The translations under genes were made by a program, and so were the position numbers. Of a stretch of DNA of 64,000 nt, positions 52,120 to 62,470 are shown in pieces. The stretch spans positions 1,197 through 65,196 of the forward strand of contig JBGAOD010000002.1 of the NCBI GenBank assembly GCA_044221955.1, given 5' to 3'. The DNA comes from Phycisphaerales bacterium. GTDB lineage: Bacteria; Planctomycetota; Phycisphaerae; Phycisphaerales; UBA1924. Below the pieces are notes generated by a model. The model was given only the letters and a program-made list of their open reading frames with translations, had not been told where the DNA came from and ran no database searches. The stretch's first letter is position 1. Each line of letters starts with the position of its first letter.

Positions 52120-54060
52120 CTACATGCGGTCGAGCGTGGGCATGCCGAGGACGTTGAGGCCGTCGGAGAGCACGCGGGCGGTGAGGTCGCAGAGGCGGAG
52201 GCGTGCAAGGATCTTTTCGGGCTGGTCCGCCTGCAGCACGGGGCACTGGTCGTAGAACGTGCTGAACGCGCCGGCGAGGTCGTAGAGATACTGGCAGAGG
52301 CGGTGCGGTTCCATCGCGTCGGCCACGCCGCGGACGGCGGCGTTGTAGCGGATGAGCTGGAGGGCCAGCGCTTTCTCGGCGGGCTCGGCGACCTTGAGCG
52401 GTGTTGAAGACCAGTTGGAGCCGATGCCGCGCTCGGCGGCCTTGCGGAAGATGTTGCGGATGCGCGCGTAGGCGTAGAGCAGGTAAGGGCCGGTGTTCCC
52501 TTCGAAGGCGAGCATGCGATCGAAGCTGAAGGCGTAGTCGCGGACGCGGTCGTTCACGAGGTCGGCGTACTTCATCGCCACCACGCCGATGACCTCGGCC
52601 CGGGCCCGGAGCTCGGATTCACTGACCGCTTCACCGGCTTTGTTCGTCTTGGCGGCGTCCTCGTCGGCGCGGAGCTTCACGGCGGTGTACGCACGCTCGA
52701 CGGCCTCGTCGATGAGGGATTGCAGGTTGACGTTGTCGCCCGAGCGAGTTTTGAAGGGCCGGCCGTCGTCGCCCAGCACCGCGCCGAACGCGGCGTGCTG
52801 CATGATCGCGACCTTGCCCGTGACGGGGTTGGTCGCGTACCCGGCGCGGGTGCTCGCGCCGAAGACCTGACGCATGTGCAGGTTCTGCCGGGCGTCGATG
52901 ACGTACACGAGACGGTCGGCGTGGAGCTTCTGCACGCGGCGGCGGATGCCCGCAACGTCGGTCGTTGCGTAGAGATAGCCGCCGTCGGTCTTGCGCATCA
53001 GGCAGGGTTCCTTGATGCCGCCGTATTGCGGTTCTTCGAGATGGATGACGAGCGCGCCGCGGTCGATGGTGGCGATGCCGCGGGACTCAAGCTCGGCGAC
53101 CATGGGCGCGAGTTCGGCCGCATAACTTGACTCGCCGGCGCTGTGCTCGGCGGTGACGTTGACGTGCAATCGCTTGCACACCGCGAGGCACACGGCCATG
53201 GTGACATCGGCGATGCGCTGCCAGACGGCGAAGGTCGCGGGCTCATGGGCCTGCAGTTTGATGAGTGTTTGACGGGCCTGCGTGAATGATTCGGTCGCAC
53301 CGTCGACTTGCGCTTGCAATTCGGCGACGGCCTTGGGGTGGTTGTATTTCGTGGCGGCGGCGAGGCCGTCGAGGTCGCGCTGGCACTCGGCCTGGGCGGC
53401 TTTGTACGCGGCGTCGAGCTGGTCGAGCGTGATGGTGTCGAGGTTGATCTCGCCCTTGGCGGCCTGGCGCATGAGACGGGCCGTGACCATGGCGATGGGC
53501 AGGCCCCAGTCGCCGACGTGGTTCTGGCGGAGGACTTTGTGCCCGAGACGTTCGAGCGCGCGCGCGATCGCGTCGCCGATGACGGGGCTGCGCAGGTGCC
53601 CGACGTGCATCTGCTTGGAGAGGTTGACGCCCATGAGATCGACGACGACGGTCTGCGGTTCGGCGGCGGGCACGACGCCGAGGCTTGGATTGTCGATCGA
53701 TTCGAGCAGTTCCGAGAGCGCGGAGGCGCGGAGGCGGATGTTGATGAAGCCCGGGCCCGCGATGGATTTTTCGGTGAGCGGCTCGGCGATGGTGCCCAGG
53801 TCGAGCTTGGCGATGATCGCGGCGGCGACATCGCGCGGCTTCGCGCCGAGCTTTTTGGCGAGGCCCATGGCGATGTTGGATTGGAAGTCGCCGAACTCGG
53901 GCTGGCGGCTCGCGGCGATCATGGGGTCGATCGGGCCGTCGGCATCGGCAAACGCGGCGGGGAAGGCGGCGCGGACGGCGTCGATGAATCGCGAGCCGAG
54001 GAACTGGATGGGGTCTTCGACGGAAGTCTGGGCGGCGTTGGATGGGCTCGATGCTGGCAT
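52120..54060 (-). CDS. argS: arginine--tRNA ligase
   Basis: 'GPGFINIRL', HIGH-type 'KQMHVGHLRSPVIGD', 'RKTDGGYLYATTD', the DALR anticodon-binding C-terminus and the characteristic terminal '...DRM'. Confidence 0.95.
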   Translation of the reverse strand: MPASSPSNAAQTSVEDPIQFLGSRFIDAVRAAFPAAFADADGPIDPMIAASRQPEFGDFQSNIAMGLAKKLGAKPRDVAAAIIAKLDLGTIAEPLTEKSIAGPGFINIRLRASALSELLESIDNPSLGVVPAAEPQTVVVDLMGVNLSKQMHVGHLRSPVIGDAIARALERLGHKVLRQNHVGDWGLPIAMVTARLMRQAAKGEINLDTITLDQLDAAYKAAQAECQRDLDGLAAATKYNHPKAVAELQAQVDGATESFTQARQTLIKLQAHEPATFAVWQRIADVTMAVCLAVCKRLHVNVTAEHSAGESSYAAELAPMVAELESRGIATIDRGALVIHLEEPQYGGIKEPCLMRKTDGGYLYATTDVAGIRRRVQKLHADRLVYVIDARQNLHMRQVFGASTRAGYATNPVTGKVAIMQHAAFGAVLGDDGRPFKTRSGDNVNLQSLIDEAVERAYTAVKLRADEDAAKTNKAGEAVSESELRARAEVIGVVAMKYADLVNDRVRDYAFSFDRMLAFEGNTGPYLLYAYARIRNIFRKAAERGIGSNWSSTPLKVAEPAEKALALQLIRYNAAVRGVADAMEPHRLCQYLYDLAGAFSTFYDQCPVLQADQPEKILARLRLCDLTARVLSDGLNVLGMPTLDRM

Positions 54061-54091
54061 GGGGCAGCATGGTAGGGAAGGCTGGCGCGGA

Positions 54092-55057
54092 TCAGTGCGG
54101 GCCGGGCGCAAGGGCGCGCGGCGTCAGCGACTCGGAGAGTTGGCCCGCGAGTTGGTCGGCCATGTGGTCCGCGAGGCGGGCCATGGCCGTGCTGGGGAGG
54201 AGCGCGAAGGGGTCGTCGAGCAGGATGATCTTCCGAGCTCGGGCGGCCCGGAGGTTGACCTTCGAGAGCGGGCCCAGCAGCGTGGTGATTTCCGTGTCGC
54301 TGAGATGGGCGTTCGCGGCGCGAGGCTGCGCGGTTGTGGCGCGCGGGATCACGAAGACGACCACGTCGGGGTCGAGCTTGAGCACGTCCTCGGCGTCCAG
54401 TTCGATGTACGGCGAGCCCGAGGTCAGCGCGGGCGTGCCGCCGATGGCCGTGAGGATCTGGTGATGGAACGAGCCCGGGCCCAACGCGGCCGGCGGGGAC
54501 GCGGAGAGGAGCAGCAGCACGCGGCCCGCGGCGGCGAGGGGCGGCGTGCGCGAAGACCAGGCTTGGTTAAGACGCTCGCGCGGAGATTCTTCCGTCGCGC
54601 GGTCGTGTGCCGCGTACTCGCGCCAGAGTTCTTCGGTTGACGTACGGATGTCGTCGAGCGTGAGGAGCGTGAAGTTGCGGATTTTCCAGCGGTTGCTCTT
54701 GGCGAGTTCTTCAAGCCGCTCCGGCAGCGGGCGTGCTCCCCATTCGATGAGAACGTCGGTGGGGTTCGCGCGGATGAGGGCCTCGTAGTCGATGCCGGAC
54801 TGGTCGCCGCAGACGGGGATGCTGGGATCGAGCGCAAGGTCGTAGCCGTGGCGGCCGACGATGAGGTGCGCGAGGTGGAGGTCGGTCAGTGTGACGGCGA
54901 GGGCGGGGCTGAGGACGACGAGGCGGGGTTGGTTCGGCGCAGACGCGGCACGGCCAGGCGAGGATTTGTCGCGGCACCCGCTGGCGACGATGAACATGCC
55001 CGCGAGCGTCAGCGCGAAAACAACACTCGCGAGGATGGATCGACCGGCGAGGTTCAT
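54092..55057 (-). CDS. periplasmic binding protein, class III (BtuF/siderophore-type helical-backbone) ABC substrate-binding protein
   Basis: Lipoprotein leader 'LTLAGMFIVASGC'. 'RLVVLSPALAVTLTDLHLAHLIVG', 'ANPTDVLIEW' and 'PDVVVFVIP' are typical of the PF01497 family. No cognate permease or ATPase is nearby. Confidence 0.65.
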   Translation of the reverse strand: MNLAGRSILASVVFALTLAGMFIVASGCRDKSSPGRAASAPNQPRLVVLSPALAVTLTDLHLAHLIVGRHGYDLALDPSIPVCGDQSGIDYEALIRANPTDVLIEWGARPLPERLEELAKSNRWKIRNFTLLTLDDIRTSTEELWREYAAHDRATEESPRERLNQAWSSRTPPLAAAGRVLLLLSASPPAALGPGSFHHQILTAIGGTPALTSGSPYIELDAEDVLKLDPDVVVFVIPRATTAQPRAANAHLSDTEITTLLGPLSKVNLRAARARKIILLDDPFALLPSTAMARLADHMADQLAGQLSESLTPRALAPGPH

Positions 55058-55112
55058 AGTGACGTTGCGAGCCCTTTCACGCACACCCTCATGGTGCGAA
55101 GACGATCCGCGT

Positions 55113-55538
55113 CTACAGCCCGGCCAGCTCGCGCAGGACGGCGTCGATCTCCGGCGGGACGGGCATGACGCTCAGGCGGCTCTGCGTGACGAGAGCAAAC
55201 TTGGCGAATCTTTTGTCGGCCTTGATGGTTGAGAGCGTCACCGGAGATTTGGCGGCGCGGACCGGGGCGATGTCCACGACCGCGAATTTCGGCTCGCCTT
55301 TGGCGTTGAGCTCGGGCTTGGCAGGGTCGGGGAAGGGGTTGGTCGTGACCTTGGCTAGCCCGACGATCGCCTTCTCGTCGCCGGTGTGATAGAACAGCAC
55401 CGAGTCACCCTTGCGGCAGGCCCGCAGCGCGAGCAACGCGGCGTTGTTGGTCACGCCGGTCCATGATGTACTTTTTTCCGCGCGGAGCATGTCGAACGAG
55501 TAGACGCTGGGCTCGGTTTTGAAGAGGAACGTGGGCAT
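55113..55538 (-). CDS. EVE (PUA-like, DUF55) domain protein
   Basis: 'FLFKTEPSVYSFDML....TSWTGVTNNAALLALRACRKGDSVLFYHTGDEKAIVGLAKV' matches the EVE domain. Start at the internal Met 'MPTFLFK'. Confidence 0.75.
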   Translation of the reverse strand: MPTFLFKTEPSVYSFDMLRAEKSTSWTGVTNNAALLALRACRKGDSVLFYHTGDEKAIVGLAKVTTNPFPDPAKPELNAKGEPKFAVVDIAPVRAAKSPVTLSTIKADKRFAKFALVTQSRLSVMPVPPEIDAVLRELAGL

Positions 55539-55631
55539 GAATGGAGTGTAGCGATGGATCCAAGAACCCCGTTCTTCAGGAGTGCCTGCGTGAACATTCG
55601 GTGGCACAGGTATTCATCCTGTGCGGCTCTC

Positions 55632-55652
55632 GGGCAGGTTGAAAACCTGCCC
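55632..55652. other. stem-loop GGGCAGGTT-GAA-AACCTGCCC between guaB and the EVE gene
   Basis: 9-bp stem read directly from the sequence, 29 nt past the guaB stop on the minus strand. No U-tract. It shares CAGGT...ACCTGCCC ends with 29744-29767. Confidence 0.5.
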
Positions 55653-55680
55653 CACTTTCAAACTGAGGCGCTCCCGTCGT

Positions 55681-57288
55681 TCACTCTTTCTTCGAGTCCA
55701 TCATGTAGTTCGGCGCTTCCTTGGTGATGCGGATGTCGTGCGGGTGGTTCTCGACGACCGTCGCACCCGAGACCTTGCAGAACTGCGTGCGGTCGCGGAG
55801 TTCTTCGATCGTCTGGCAGCCGCAGTAGCCCATCGCGCTGCGGATGCCGCCGACCAACTGGTACACGAACTCGGCCAGGCTCCCGCGGTAGGGCACCAGG
55901 CCCTCGACGCCCTCGGGCACGAACTTCATCGTGGCCTTGCCGTCGGCGCCGACCTTCTCGGCCTGGCGGTAGCGGTCGGCGCTGCCGGCGTTCATCGCGC
56001 CCTCGCTGCCCATGCCGCGATAGGTCTTGTAACGACGTCCGCCGGAGATCACGAGTTCGCCGGGCGATTCGTCGAGTCCGGCGAAGAGCGAGCCCATCAT
56101 CACGCAGTCCGCGCCGGCCGCGATCGCCTTGGGGATGTCGCCCGAGTGGCGGATCCCGCCGTCGGCGATGATGGGGATGTCCTTGCCCGTCGCGGCCACG
56201 CCCTCAGCGACGTTCATGATCGCGGTGATCTGCGGCACGCCCACGCCGGTAACGACGCGCGTCGTGCAGATCGAACCCGGGCCGATGCCGACCTTGACCG
56301 CGTCGGCTCCCACTTCGATCAAATCCTGCGCGGCCCGCGCAGTGGCGATGTTGCCGGCGATCACGTCGACGTTGTGGAGTTCCTTGATTTTGCGGACGGT
56401 GCGGAGGACGTTCTCGGAATGGCCGTGCGCGGTATCAACGACGATAAGATCGACCTCGGCGGCGAGCAGCGCCTCGACTCGGGCGAGCTGGTCCACGCCC
56501 ACGGCCGCTCCGCAGCGGAGCCGCCCGCGCGAGTCGGTGCAGGTACGCGGGAAACGCGCGAGACGGTCCACGTCGTGCATGGTGATGAGGCCGGCGAGGC
56601 GGAACTGCTTGTCAACGATGATGAGCTTCTCGACCTTGTTCTTGTTGAGGATCCCCTCGGCCTGGACGAGCGTTGTGCCCACAGGCGCGGTGATGAGGCC
56701 CTTGGAGGTCATCACGTCCTTGATGGGCGTGGAGTTGTTCTCGACGAATTTGAGGTCGCGGCGGGTGAGGATGCCGAGGACTTTCCCCTTGTCGCGCTGG
56801 TTGGCCGATCCGTTCTCGGTGATGGGGAAGCCCGAGACATTGTGCTGGCGCATCAGTTCGCGGGCCTTGGAGACGGTGTCGTCGGGCCCGAGGGTGAGCG
56901 GGTCGAGGATGACGCCGTGGGCGGAGCGTTTGACCTTGGAGACCTCGCGGGCCTGGGCCTCGACGGAGAGGTTTTTGTGGATGATCCCCAGGCCGCCCTC
57001 TTGGGCGAGGGCGATGGCGAGGGCCGACTCGGTGACGGTGTCCATCGGCGCGGAGAGCAGCGGGATGTTGAGGCGGATTGACCTTGTCAGGCGCGTGGAC
57101 GTGTCGGCCTCGGCGGGCATGACGGCGCTACGGGCCGGGAGCAGCAGGACATCATCGAACGTGATGCCGTCGTAGGCGATTTTCGGGGGGCGCGGCTCGG
57201 TTGATCGGGGCCGGCCGGGCGTGGTGCGAACCGTCGGCACGGGCGAGCGGGTGTTCGATCGAGCTGCGGTAAGTTTTTGGGCTGCCAT
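55681..57288 (-). CDS. guaB: IMP dehydrogenase
   Basis: '[11 protein letters not shown]', '[12 protein letters not shown]', a tandem CBS pair, the catalytic loop '[14 protein letters not shown]', and 'GGIRHSGDI' and 'GMGS'. Start at Met 'MAAQKL' (ATG at 57288); the track ORF extends further upstream. Confidence 0.95.
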   Translation of the reverse strand: MAAQKLTAARSNTRSPVPTVRTTPGRPRSTEPRPPKIAYDGITFDDVLLLPARSAVMPAEADTSTRLTRSIRLNIPLLSAPMDTVTESALAIALAQEGGLGIIHKNLSVEAQAREVSKVKRSAHGVILDPLTLGPDDTVSKARELMRQHNVSGFPITENGSANQRDKGKVLGILTRRDLKFVENNSTPIKDVMTSKGLITAPVGTTLVQAEGILNKNKVEKLIIVDKQFRLAGLITMHDVDRLARFPRTCTDSRGRLRCGAAVGVDQLARVEALLAAEVDLIVVDTAHGHSENVLRTVRKIKELHNVDVIAGNIATARAAQDLIEVGADAVKVGIGPGSICTTRVVTGVGVPQITAIMNVAEGVAATGKDIPIIADGGIRHSGDIPKAIAAGADCVMMGSLFAGLDESPGELVISGGRRYKTYRGMGSEGAMNAGSADRYRQAEKVGADGKATMKFVPEGVEGLVPYRGSLAEFVYQLVGGIRSAMGYCGCQTIEELRDRTQFCKVSGATVVENHPHDIRITKEAPNYMMDSKKE

Positions 57289-57538
57289 GGATGAGTGTCG
57301 CGGGCTGGGAATCGAAGTCAAGGCGGGTTCATGGCGGACGCCGCGGGCGGGTAGATCGGCGGTGAAAAAACCGACTGGCGCTGGTGTTCCGCGTGGTGGG
57401 GCGAGTGCGATACGGTTGAGGGAGGTCGGGCTGAGTCCGTTCATGCGTCCGAACGGGCTGACCGAGGAAGAGAAGCTTTGTGCGATCGCGCGAGAGATGA
57501 GCCGCAGTTGACCCTGAATCCCTGAAGTCTGAACCCCG

Positions 57539-59824
57539 ATGACCACAACCGCACCCGAACGAACCGAGCAGTCGCCGACCCCGACCTTCATCCGACGGGC
57601 CCAGCCCGAGCACGATCGCGCCGACGGAACGCCAGCGCTGGATATCGGCACCGAATGGCTCCTGACCGACGGCCAGGGCGGGTTCTCGATGGGCACTATC
57701 GCGGGCGTGCCGACGCGTCGTTATCACGCCTGGTTGGTGGCGGCCACCGCCCCGCCGGTGGGCCGCGTCGCGATGCTCAACGCCTGCGTGGAGCACCTCA
57801 TCGTGGACGCGGGGACGCCCGACGAGCAGCGCTTCGATCTCTCGACGTTCGTCTTCCCGAGTTCCAAGTTCCACCCCACCGGGGCCGCCAATCTGGAGAG
57901 CTTCGAGGTCGGCGTCACCTGCCGCTGGCGCTACGCCCTGGGCGATCCCTCGAATCCGATCCGCGTCGAGCGTGAGCTGTGCTTGCTGCGACCAGACCGC
58001 GTGGTGCCCGGGCGGGCGGAACCCGGAACGACCGCCGGCGGTGCGATCATCGTGCGCTACCGCGTCGAACCCGCCGGCCGGCGCGTCACCCTGCAGACCC
58101 GACCGCTCGTCTCGATCCGGGACTTCCACAACCTGCTCGAAGGCCGCTCCTGCCCCGACCGCTTCAACGTGCTCAACCTGAACAACGTGGTGAGCGTGGA
58201 CGTGACCGCCAAGTACGGGCGGTGGCTCCCGCGCCTGAACCTCTCGTGCGGCAACTCGCTCTTCGTCGGTTCCGCCCAGTGGTGGTACGACTTTGAGTAC
58301 CCGCGCGACGCCGAGCGCGGGCAGCCCTGCCGCGAAGACCTCTTCAGCCCCGGCATGTTCCTCATCGAATGCACCGGCGGCGACCGGCCGTCCACCGCCG
58401 AGTTCGCCGCGTGGACCGGAACAATCGCCGGCCGTCCAACCGCCGGGATGGACGCGGCCAGGTCGTCACAGGCCACTCGGCTCACCGCGATCATCGAACG
58501 GGCCGAACAGATCGCGTCGATCCCCGCCCGAGGTCTCTCGCAGCGCGTCGGCGTCGCGCCGATGGCCCCATCGCCGCACGCCAAGCTCGCCGCGCCCTTC
58601 GACCTCGACGCCGCGATCGCCGCCCTGACCTCCGCTTCCGACAAGTTCATCGTCCGCCGCGCCATGCCCGGCGGGGGCACGAGCGCCACCGTCATCGCCG
58701 GCTACCCCTGGTTCAGCGACTGGGGCCGCGACACCATGATCTGCCTGCCCGGATTGCTGCTTTCGACCGGCCGCTTCGAGGAAGCACGCCAGACTCTCGA
58801 AACCTTCGCGACCATGTGCCGCGACGGGCTGCTGCCCAACTGCTTCGACGACGCCACCGGCGCCGCCGACTACAACACCGTCGATGCCCCGCTCTGGTTC
58901 ATCCACGCCGCCTGCCGATACGCCGAAGAGACCGGTGACAGCACGGTCTACCGCGGCGTCATCGGCCGCGCGTGCCTGGAGATCATCAACGCCTACAAAC
59001 GCGGCACGCTCCACGGCATCAAGATGGACCCCGCCGATTCGCTCATCATGGCCGGCGACGCGACGACGCAGTTGACGTGGATGGATGCCAAGCGCGACGG
59101 CGTGGTCTTCACGCCGCGCTTCGGCAAGTGCGTCGAGATCAACGCGCTGTGGTATCACGCGCTCCGCTCGTTCGCCATGGGGATCGAGAGCGACCAGCCC
59201 GCGCTGTGGTACCAGCTCGACGAACTGGCCGAGAAAGTGGCCGCCAGCTTCCGCGCCAAGTTCTGGAACCCGCGCACGACCTCGTGCTTCGACGTGCTCA
59301 ACCTCGACGGCGGCGTGTGGAAACCGCTCGCGGCCGGGCAGCAGACGAGGCCCAACCAGATCTTCGCCGCCAGCCTCGGGCATTCACCCTTGAACGAGGC
59401 CGAGCGTGCCGGCGTGGTTCAGACCGTGTGGGACCGCCTCGCCACACCGATGGGCCTGCGCTCGCTGTCGCCCTCGGACCCCGGGTACGTCGGCCGCTTC
59501 GCCGGCACGCTCTTTGAGCGCGATCGCGCGTACCACAACGGCACCGTCTGGCCCTGGCTCGTCGGGCCGTTCGTCGAGTCCGTGCTCAGAAAATCTGCTT
59601 TCGCTCACTCGGCCTGCGAGGACGGGCTGCGCCTGCTCGCGCCGCTCGTCGCCGAACTCAACAGCCAACGCCCGGGCCGCCTGCTCGGGCAGCTCGCCGA
59701 GGTCTACGACGGCGACGACCACGCCGAGAACCCCCGCGCCGCCTCGGGCTGCCTCGCCCAGGCCTGGTCGGTCGCCGAGGTGCTGCGTCTGCTGGTCACG
59801 ATCCGACGTGCTTCCGGCGGGTGA
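57539..59824 (+). CDS. glycogen debranching enzyme family protein (amylo-alpha-1,6-glucosidase, GDE_N + GDE_C)
   Basis: 'EWLLTDGQGGFSMGTIAGVPTRRYHAWL' (bacterial GDE N-domain), 'IAGYPWFSDWGRDTMI', 'DAPLWF' and 'YHNGTVWPWLVGPF' (six-hairpin glycosidase core). Confidence 0.85.
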   Translation: MTTTAPERTEQSPTPTFIRRAQPEHDRADGTPALDIGTEWLLTDGQGGFSMGTIAGVPTRRYHAWLVAATAPPVGRVAMLNACVEHLIVDAGTPDEQRFDLSTFVFPSSKFHPTGAANLESFEVGVTCRWRYALGDPSNPIRVERELCLLRPDRVVPGRAEPGTTAGGAIIVRYRVEPAGRRVTLQTRPLVSIRDFHNLLEGRSCPDRFNVLNLNNVVSVDVTAKYGRWLPRLNLSCGNSLFVGSAQWWYDFEYPRDAERGQPCREDLFSPGMFLIECTGGDRPSTAEFAAWTGTIAGRPTAGMDAARSSQATRLTAIIERAEQIASIPARGLSQRVGVAPMAPSPHAKLAAPFDLDAAIAALTSASDKFIVRRAMPGGGTSATVIAGYPWFSDWGRDTMICLPGLLLSTGRFEEARQTLETFATMCRDGLLPNCFDDATGAADYNTVDAPLWFIHAACRYAEETGDSTVYRGVIGRACLEIINAYKRGTLHGIKMDPADSLIMAGDATTQLTWMDAKRDGVVFTPRFGKCVEINALWYHALRSFAMGIESDQPALWYQLDELAEKVAASFRAKFWNPRTTSCFDVLNLDGGVWKPLAAGQQTRPNQIFAASLGHSPLNEAERAGVVQTVWDRLATPMGLRSLSPSDPGYVGRFAGTLFERDRAYHNGTVWPWLVGPFVESVLRKSAFAHSACEDGLRLLAPLVAELNSQRPGRLLGQLAEVYDGDDHAENPRAASGCLAQAWSVAEVLRLLVTIRRASGG

Positions 59825-59906
59825 GTGAGACTCCCGATATCAGCCGCTCGGTGCTTCAACCCGCAATCCTGTACACTCAGCCGAGTCCACCCAGGAAAGG
59901 CACCCC

Positions 59907-60236
59907 ATGCGCACCCGCACCCCGTTCTCCCCCGCCCGGTTCTCGGTCGCCCTGGCCGCCCTCGTCTCCGTCGCCGCCCTCACCGCGTGCGAGAGCAAGC
60001 TCAACCAGGAGAACTACGACAAGATCACCGTCGGGATGGACCTTACCCAAGTCGAGCGCATCCTCGGCAAGGGCGAAGAGCAGGCCAACCAGGGCACGTC
60101 GATCGGCGCGGGCGGGCTGACCGGCGGGGCCGGAAGGAATAGCCAGAAGACCTACGTCTGGCACGAACCGAACAAAGACATCAGCGTGGTCGTCGCGGAG
60201 GGGAAAGTGGTGTCGAAGAACAAATCTGGGCTGTAA
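59907..60236 (+). CDS. small lipoprotein (SmpA/OmlA- or DUF3862-like)
   Basis: Leader 'ALAALVSVAALTAC' with a lipobox. 'NYDKITVGMDLTQVERILG' resembles the BamE/SmpA-like small lipoprotein fold. Confidence 0.55.
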   Translation: MRTRTPFSPARFSVALAALVSVAALTACESKLNQENYDKITVGMDLTQVERILGKGEEQANQGTSIGAGGLTGGAGRNSQKTYVWHEPNKDISVVVAEGKVVSKNKSGL

Positions 60237-60253
60237 GGAAGACGTACCGCGGA

Positions 60254-60565
60254 ATGCGTGCTACGACGATCGCCATAATCGTTGCACTCGGGCTCGCCCT
60301 TACCGGCGTCGCTCTGGGGCTTCTCTACATGGACACACGGGAGTGGCAGGCAACTGTTCTGCGCGAGCGCCTGAACGGGCACCCGATCGTCGATTCGGAC
60401 GACCTCCCCGGCGGACACAACATGCCGCGCAGGGTGGGCGCGCTGGTGTGTGGTTCGGTGGGCGTCGGTCTGACCGGATTTGGTGCTGTGCTGCTGCTGT
60501 GTAGAACGAGGTTCTTCGCGGGGGAGGGTTTCAGTCACCCCATAGGTTCTGAATCCCGAGAATGA
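60254..60565 (+). CDS. hypothetical small membrane protein (two TM)
   Basis: 'TTIAIIVALGLALTGVALGLLY' and 'ALVCGSVGVGLTGFGAVLLL'. Its 3' end overlaps the convergent His-rich ORF by about 35 nt, so one of the two ends may be shorter. Confidence 0.4.
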   Translation: MRATTIAIIVALGLALTGVALGLLYMDTREWQATVLRERLNGHPIVDSDDLPGGHNMPRRVGALVCGSVGVGLTGFGAVLLLCRTRFFAGEGFSHPIGSESRE

Positions 60566-60878
60566 CCAAGAGGACGATGGACGCGACCGTCAGCAGTACG
60601 AAGACTTTGCTCGCCGAGTGCATACATCGCTTCAGCGCGGAGCTTCGGCGCGTCGATGAGTCCGGCCCAGTCGGCATCCCGCCCATCCACGCGAACCAGG
60701 TGTGCGTCGAGTCGTGAGAATGGCCGTTGTGCGTCTCGTGCCCCGAGCATCCGTGACCGTGCGGTATGTGCGAGCCAAGTTCGGACCCGCTGTGGCCGGT
60801 GTCGCCGCCGTGTCCGCCGAAATCTCCGCCTCCGCCCTCCATGTGTATCCCCGTGCTTTGAAAACCTCCCCGGAACAC
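60531..60878 (-). CDS. histidine/glycine-rich tail-anchored membrane protein
   Basis: The N-terminal ~60 aa contain 11 His by my count ('GGHGGDTGHSGSELGSHIPHGHGCSGHETHNGHSHDSTH'). A single C-terminal TM is 'VFVLLTVASIVLLVILGI'. It lies 58 nt downstream of the Mrp/ApbC gene on the same strand. Confidence 0.5.
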   Translation of the reverse strand: MFRGGFQSTGIHMEGGGGDFGGHGGDTGHSGSELGSHIPHGHGCSGHETHNGHSHDSTHTWFAWMGGMPTGPDSSTRRSSALKRCMHSASKVFVLLTVASIVLLVILGIQNLWGD

Positions 60879-60935
60879 CCAGCGGGCCGCAAGTCAAGCC
60901 CATCCAGCTTTGGCGAGACACAAGCCGGGCCCGCC

Positions 60936-62189
60936 TCACGAGATCGTAAGACTCGGCCTCGAACTCCCCTGCCGCAGCGCCGCCAGCGCAACCTGCGACT
61001 CCAGGTTGTTCAGCACCTCCTCGAACGCCGCCGCCAGCGCTCCGCCCGCCGTGAAGTTCGATGTCGGGTCACCCGAGTCCGAGTTTTTCCGCAACGCCAT
61101 CGTGATCGGCACGCTCCCCAGGAACGGCACGTTGAGCCGTTGTGCCATCGCCTCGGCCCCGCCGCGCCCGAAGATGTCGTACTCCTTCGCCACGCCGTCC
61201 CGATCCGGGTCGCCCACGAAATAGCTCATGTTCTCCACCACACCCAGCACCTCGATCCCCAACTGCTGGAACATCTTGGTCGCGCGCACCGCGTCGTCCT
61301 GCGCCACCTTCTGCGGCGTACACACCACCACCGCCCCCGTCAGTTGCATGAGCTGCGCCATAGTCAGCGGCACATCGCCAGTGCCCGGTGGCAGGTCGAT
61401 GATCAAATAGTCGAGCTCGCCCCAGTTCGTCTGCTCGGCCAGCTGCTTGAACGCCCCGTGCGCCATCGGCCCGCGCCAGATCAGCGGCTTCTCCGGGTCC
61501 ACCAGCTTCCCGATCGTCATCGCCTTCACACCGTGAACAAGGAACGGCTGCAACCGCCCTGCCAGCACGGCCGTCTCCAGCGCGTGCAGGTTCAGCATCG
61601 TCGGCAACGACGGCCCATAGATATCGCCGTCCATCAACCCCACCGCGTGCCCGCGCCGTGCGAGCCCGACCGCGATGTTCAGCGCGATCGTCGATTTGCC
61701 CACGCCGCCCTTACCCGCGCCGACCGCGATGGTGTGCTTCACGCCCGGCAACGATCGCACCGCGCCCTGCGGTGTCGGCTGCTTGGTCGGCGGAGCGCCG
61801 AGCCCGCCGATGGGTCGATGCCCATCTCCCGCCGGGGGCATCGCCGAGGTTGCGGGCACCACCGTGCTCAATGCCGCCTTGCCCGTGCCCCCATCAAAGC
61901 GTCCGAAGCGCGACGTGTAGATCACATCGCCCGGCTCGTCGACAAACTCGACGATGAATGACTGGACCGCGACGCCCAGCCCCGCCGCCGCGCTCCCGAC
62001 CGACTGCCGAGCTTCGCCCGCGACCCGCTCGAGCTCCCGTGTGGCCGTCGCCTCGGGCAGCCCGAGCTTCACGCTGACATACGCCTCGCAAACCGAAGCC
62101 GATCGGAAGGCCCCGGTCGAAATCAGATCTCCGCCCGCGATGCGAACGCACTTGAGCGCGTCGGCGATGTGCTGCTTGGTCAATGACAT
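60936..62189 (-). CDS. Mrp/NBP35/ApbC-family iron-sulfur cluster carrier ATPase
   Basis: DUF59-like N-terminus, deviant Walker A 'IAVGAGKGGVGKSTIALN', 'GLMDGDIYGPS', 'LDYLIIDLPPGTGD' and 'GVVENMSYF'. Start at the internal Met 'MSLTKQ'. Confidence 0.9.
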   Translation of the reverse strand: MSLTKQHIADALKCVRIAGGDLISTGAFRSASVCEAYVSVKLGLPEATATRELERVAGEARQSVGSAAAGLGVAVQSFIVEFVDEPGDVIYTSRFGRFDGGTGKAALSTVVPATSAMPPAGDGHRPIGGLGAPPTKQPTPQGAVRSLPGVKHTIAVGAGKGGVGKSTIALNIAVGLARRGHAVGLMDGDIYGPSLPTMLNLHALETAVLAGRLQPFLVHGVKAMTIGKLVDPEKPLIWRGPMAHGAFKQLAEQTNWGELDYLIIDLPPGTGDVPLTMAQLMQLTGAVVVCTPQKVAQDDAVRATKMFQQLGIEVLGVVENMSYFVGDPDRDGVAKEYDIFGRGGAEAMAQRLNVPFLGSVPITMALRKNSDSGDPTSNFTAGGALAAAFEEVLNNLESQVALAALRQGSSRPSLTIS

Positions 62190-62470
62190 CGGAATCCATC
62201 CCTTCTGAACGGTGCCTCGAAGAAACAGTATCTCCCGCGGCTCGTTACGGAACTTTCGCCCCGACAACACCTTGGGGCGAGCCGCGAAAACCCGCGCGAA
62301 CCCTGCAGAACCCCCAAAGTCCGATCATGTTTCCACCCCAAGAACCCGGCAATACGCGCCGCCCGATCGCGTTAGACCGATGTCCCTCGTGGGGTTTGAC
62401 CTGCAACCATCAATGCGTGCTCGCCGACGCCCGAACTCGGCCGCTCGTGCGAGCACCAACGGAGTCTCTG

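Noticed and set aside
55621-57081. 486-aa plus-strand ORF opposite guaB. Similar long antisense or alternate-frame ORFs occur at 15686..17281, 24323..25924, 45152..46750, 58466..59383 and 60702..61961.
   Set aside because: In each case the opposite strand or another frame carries a gene with diagnostic motifs (IMPDH, kinase, GMC/APC, heme-propeller protein, GDE, Mrp). These translations are repetitive Arg/Gly/Asp/His strings.
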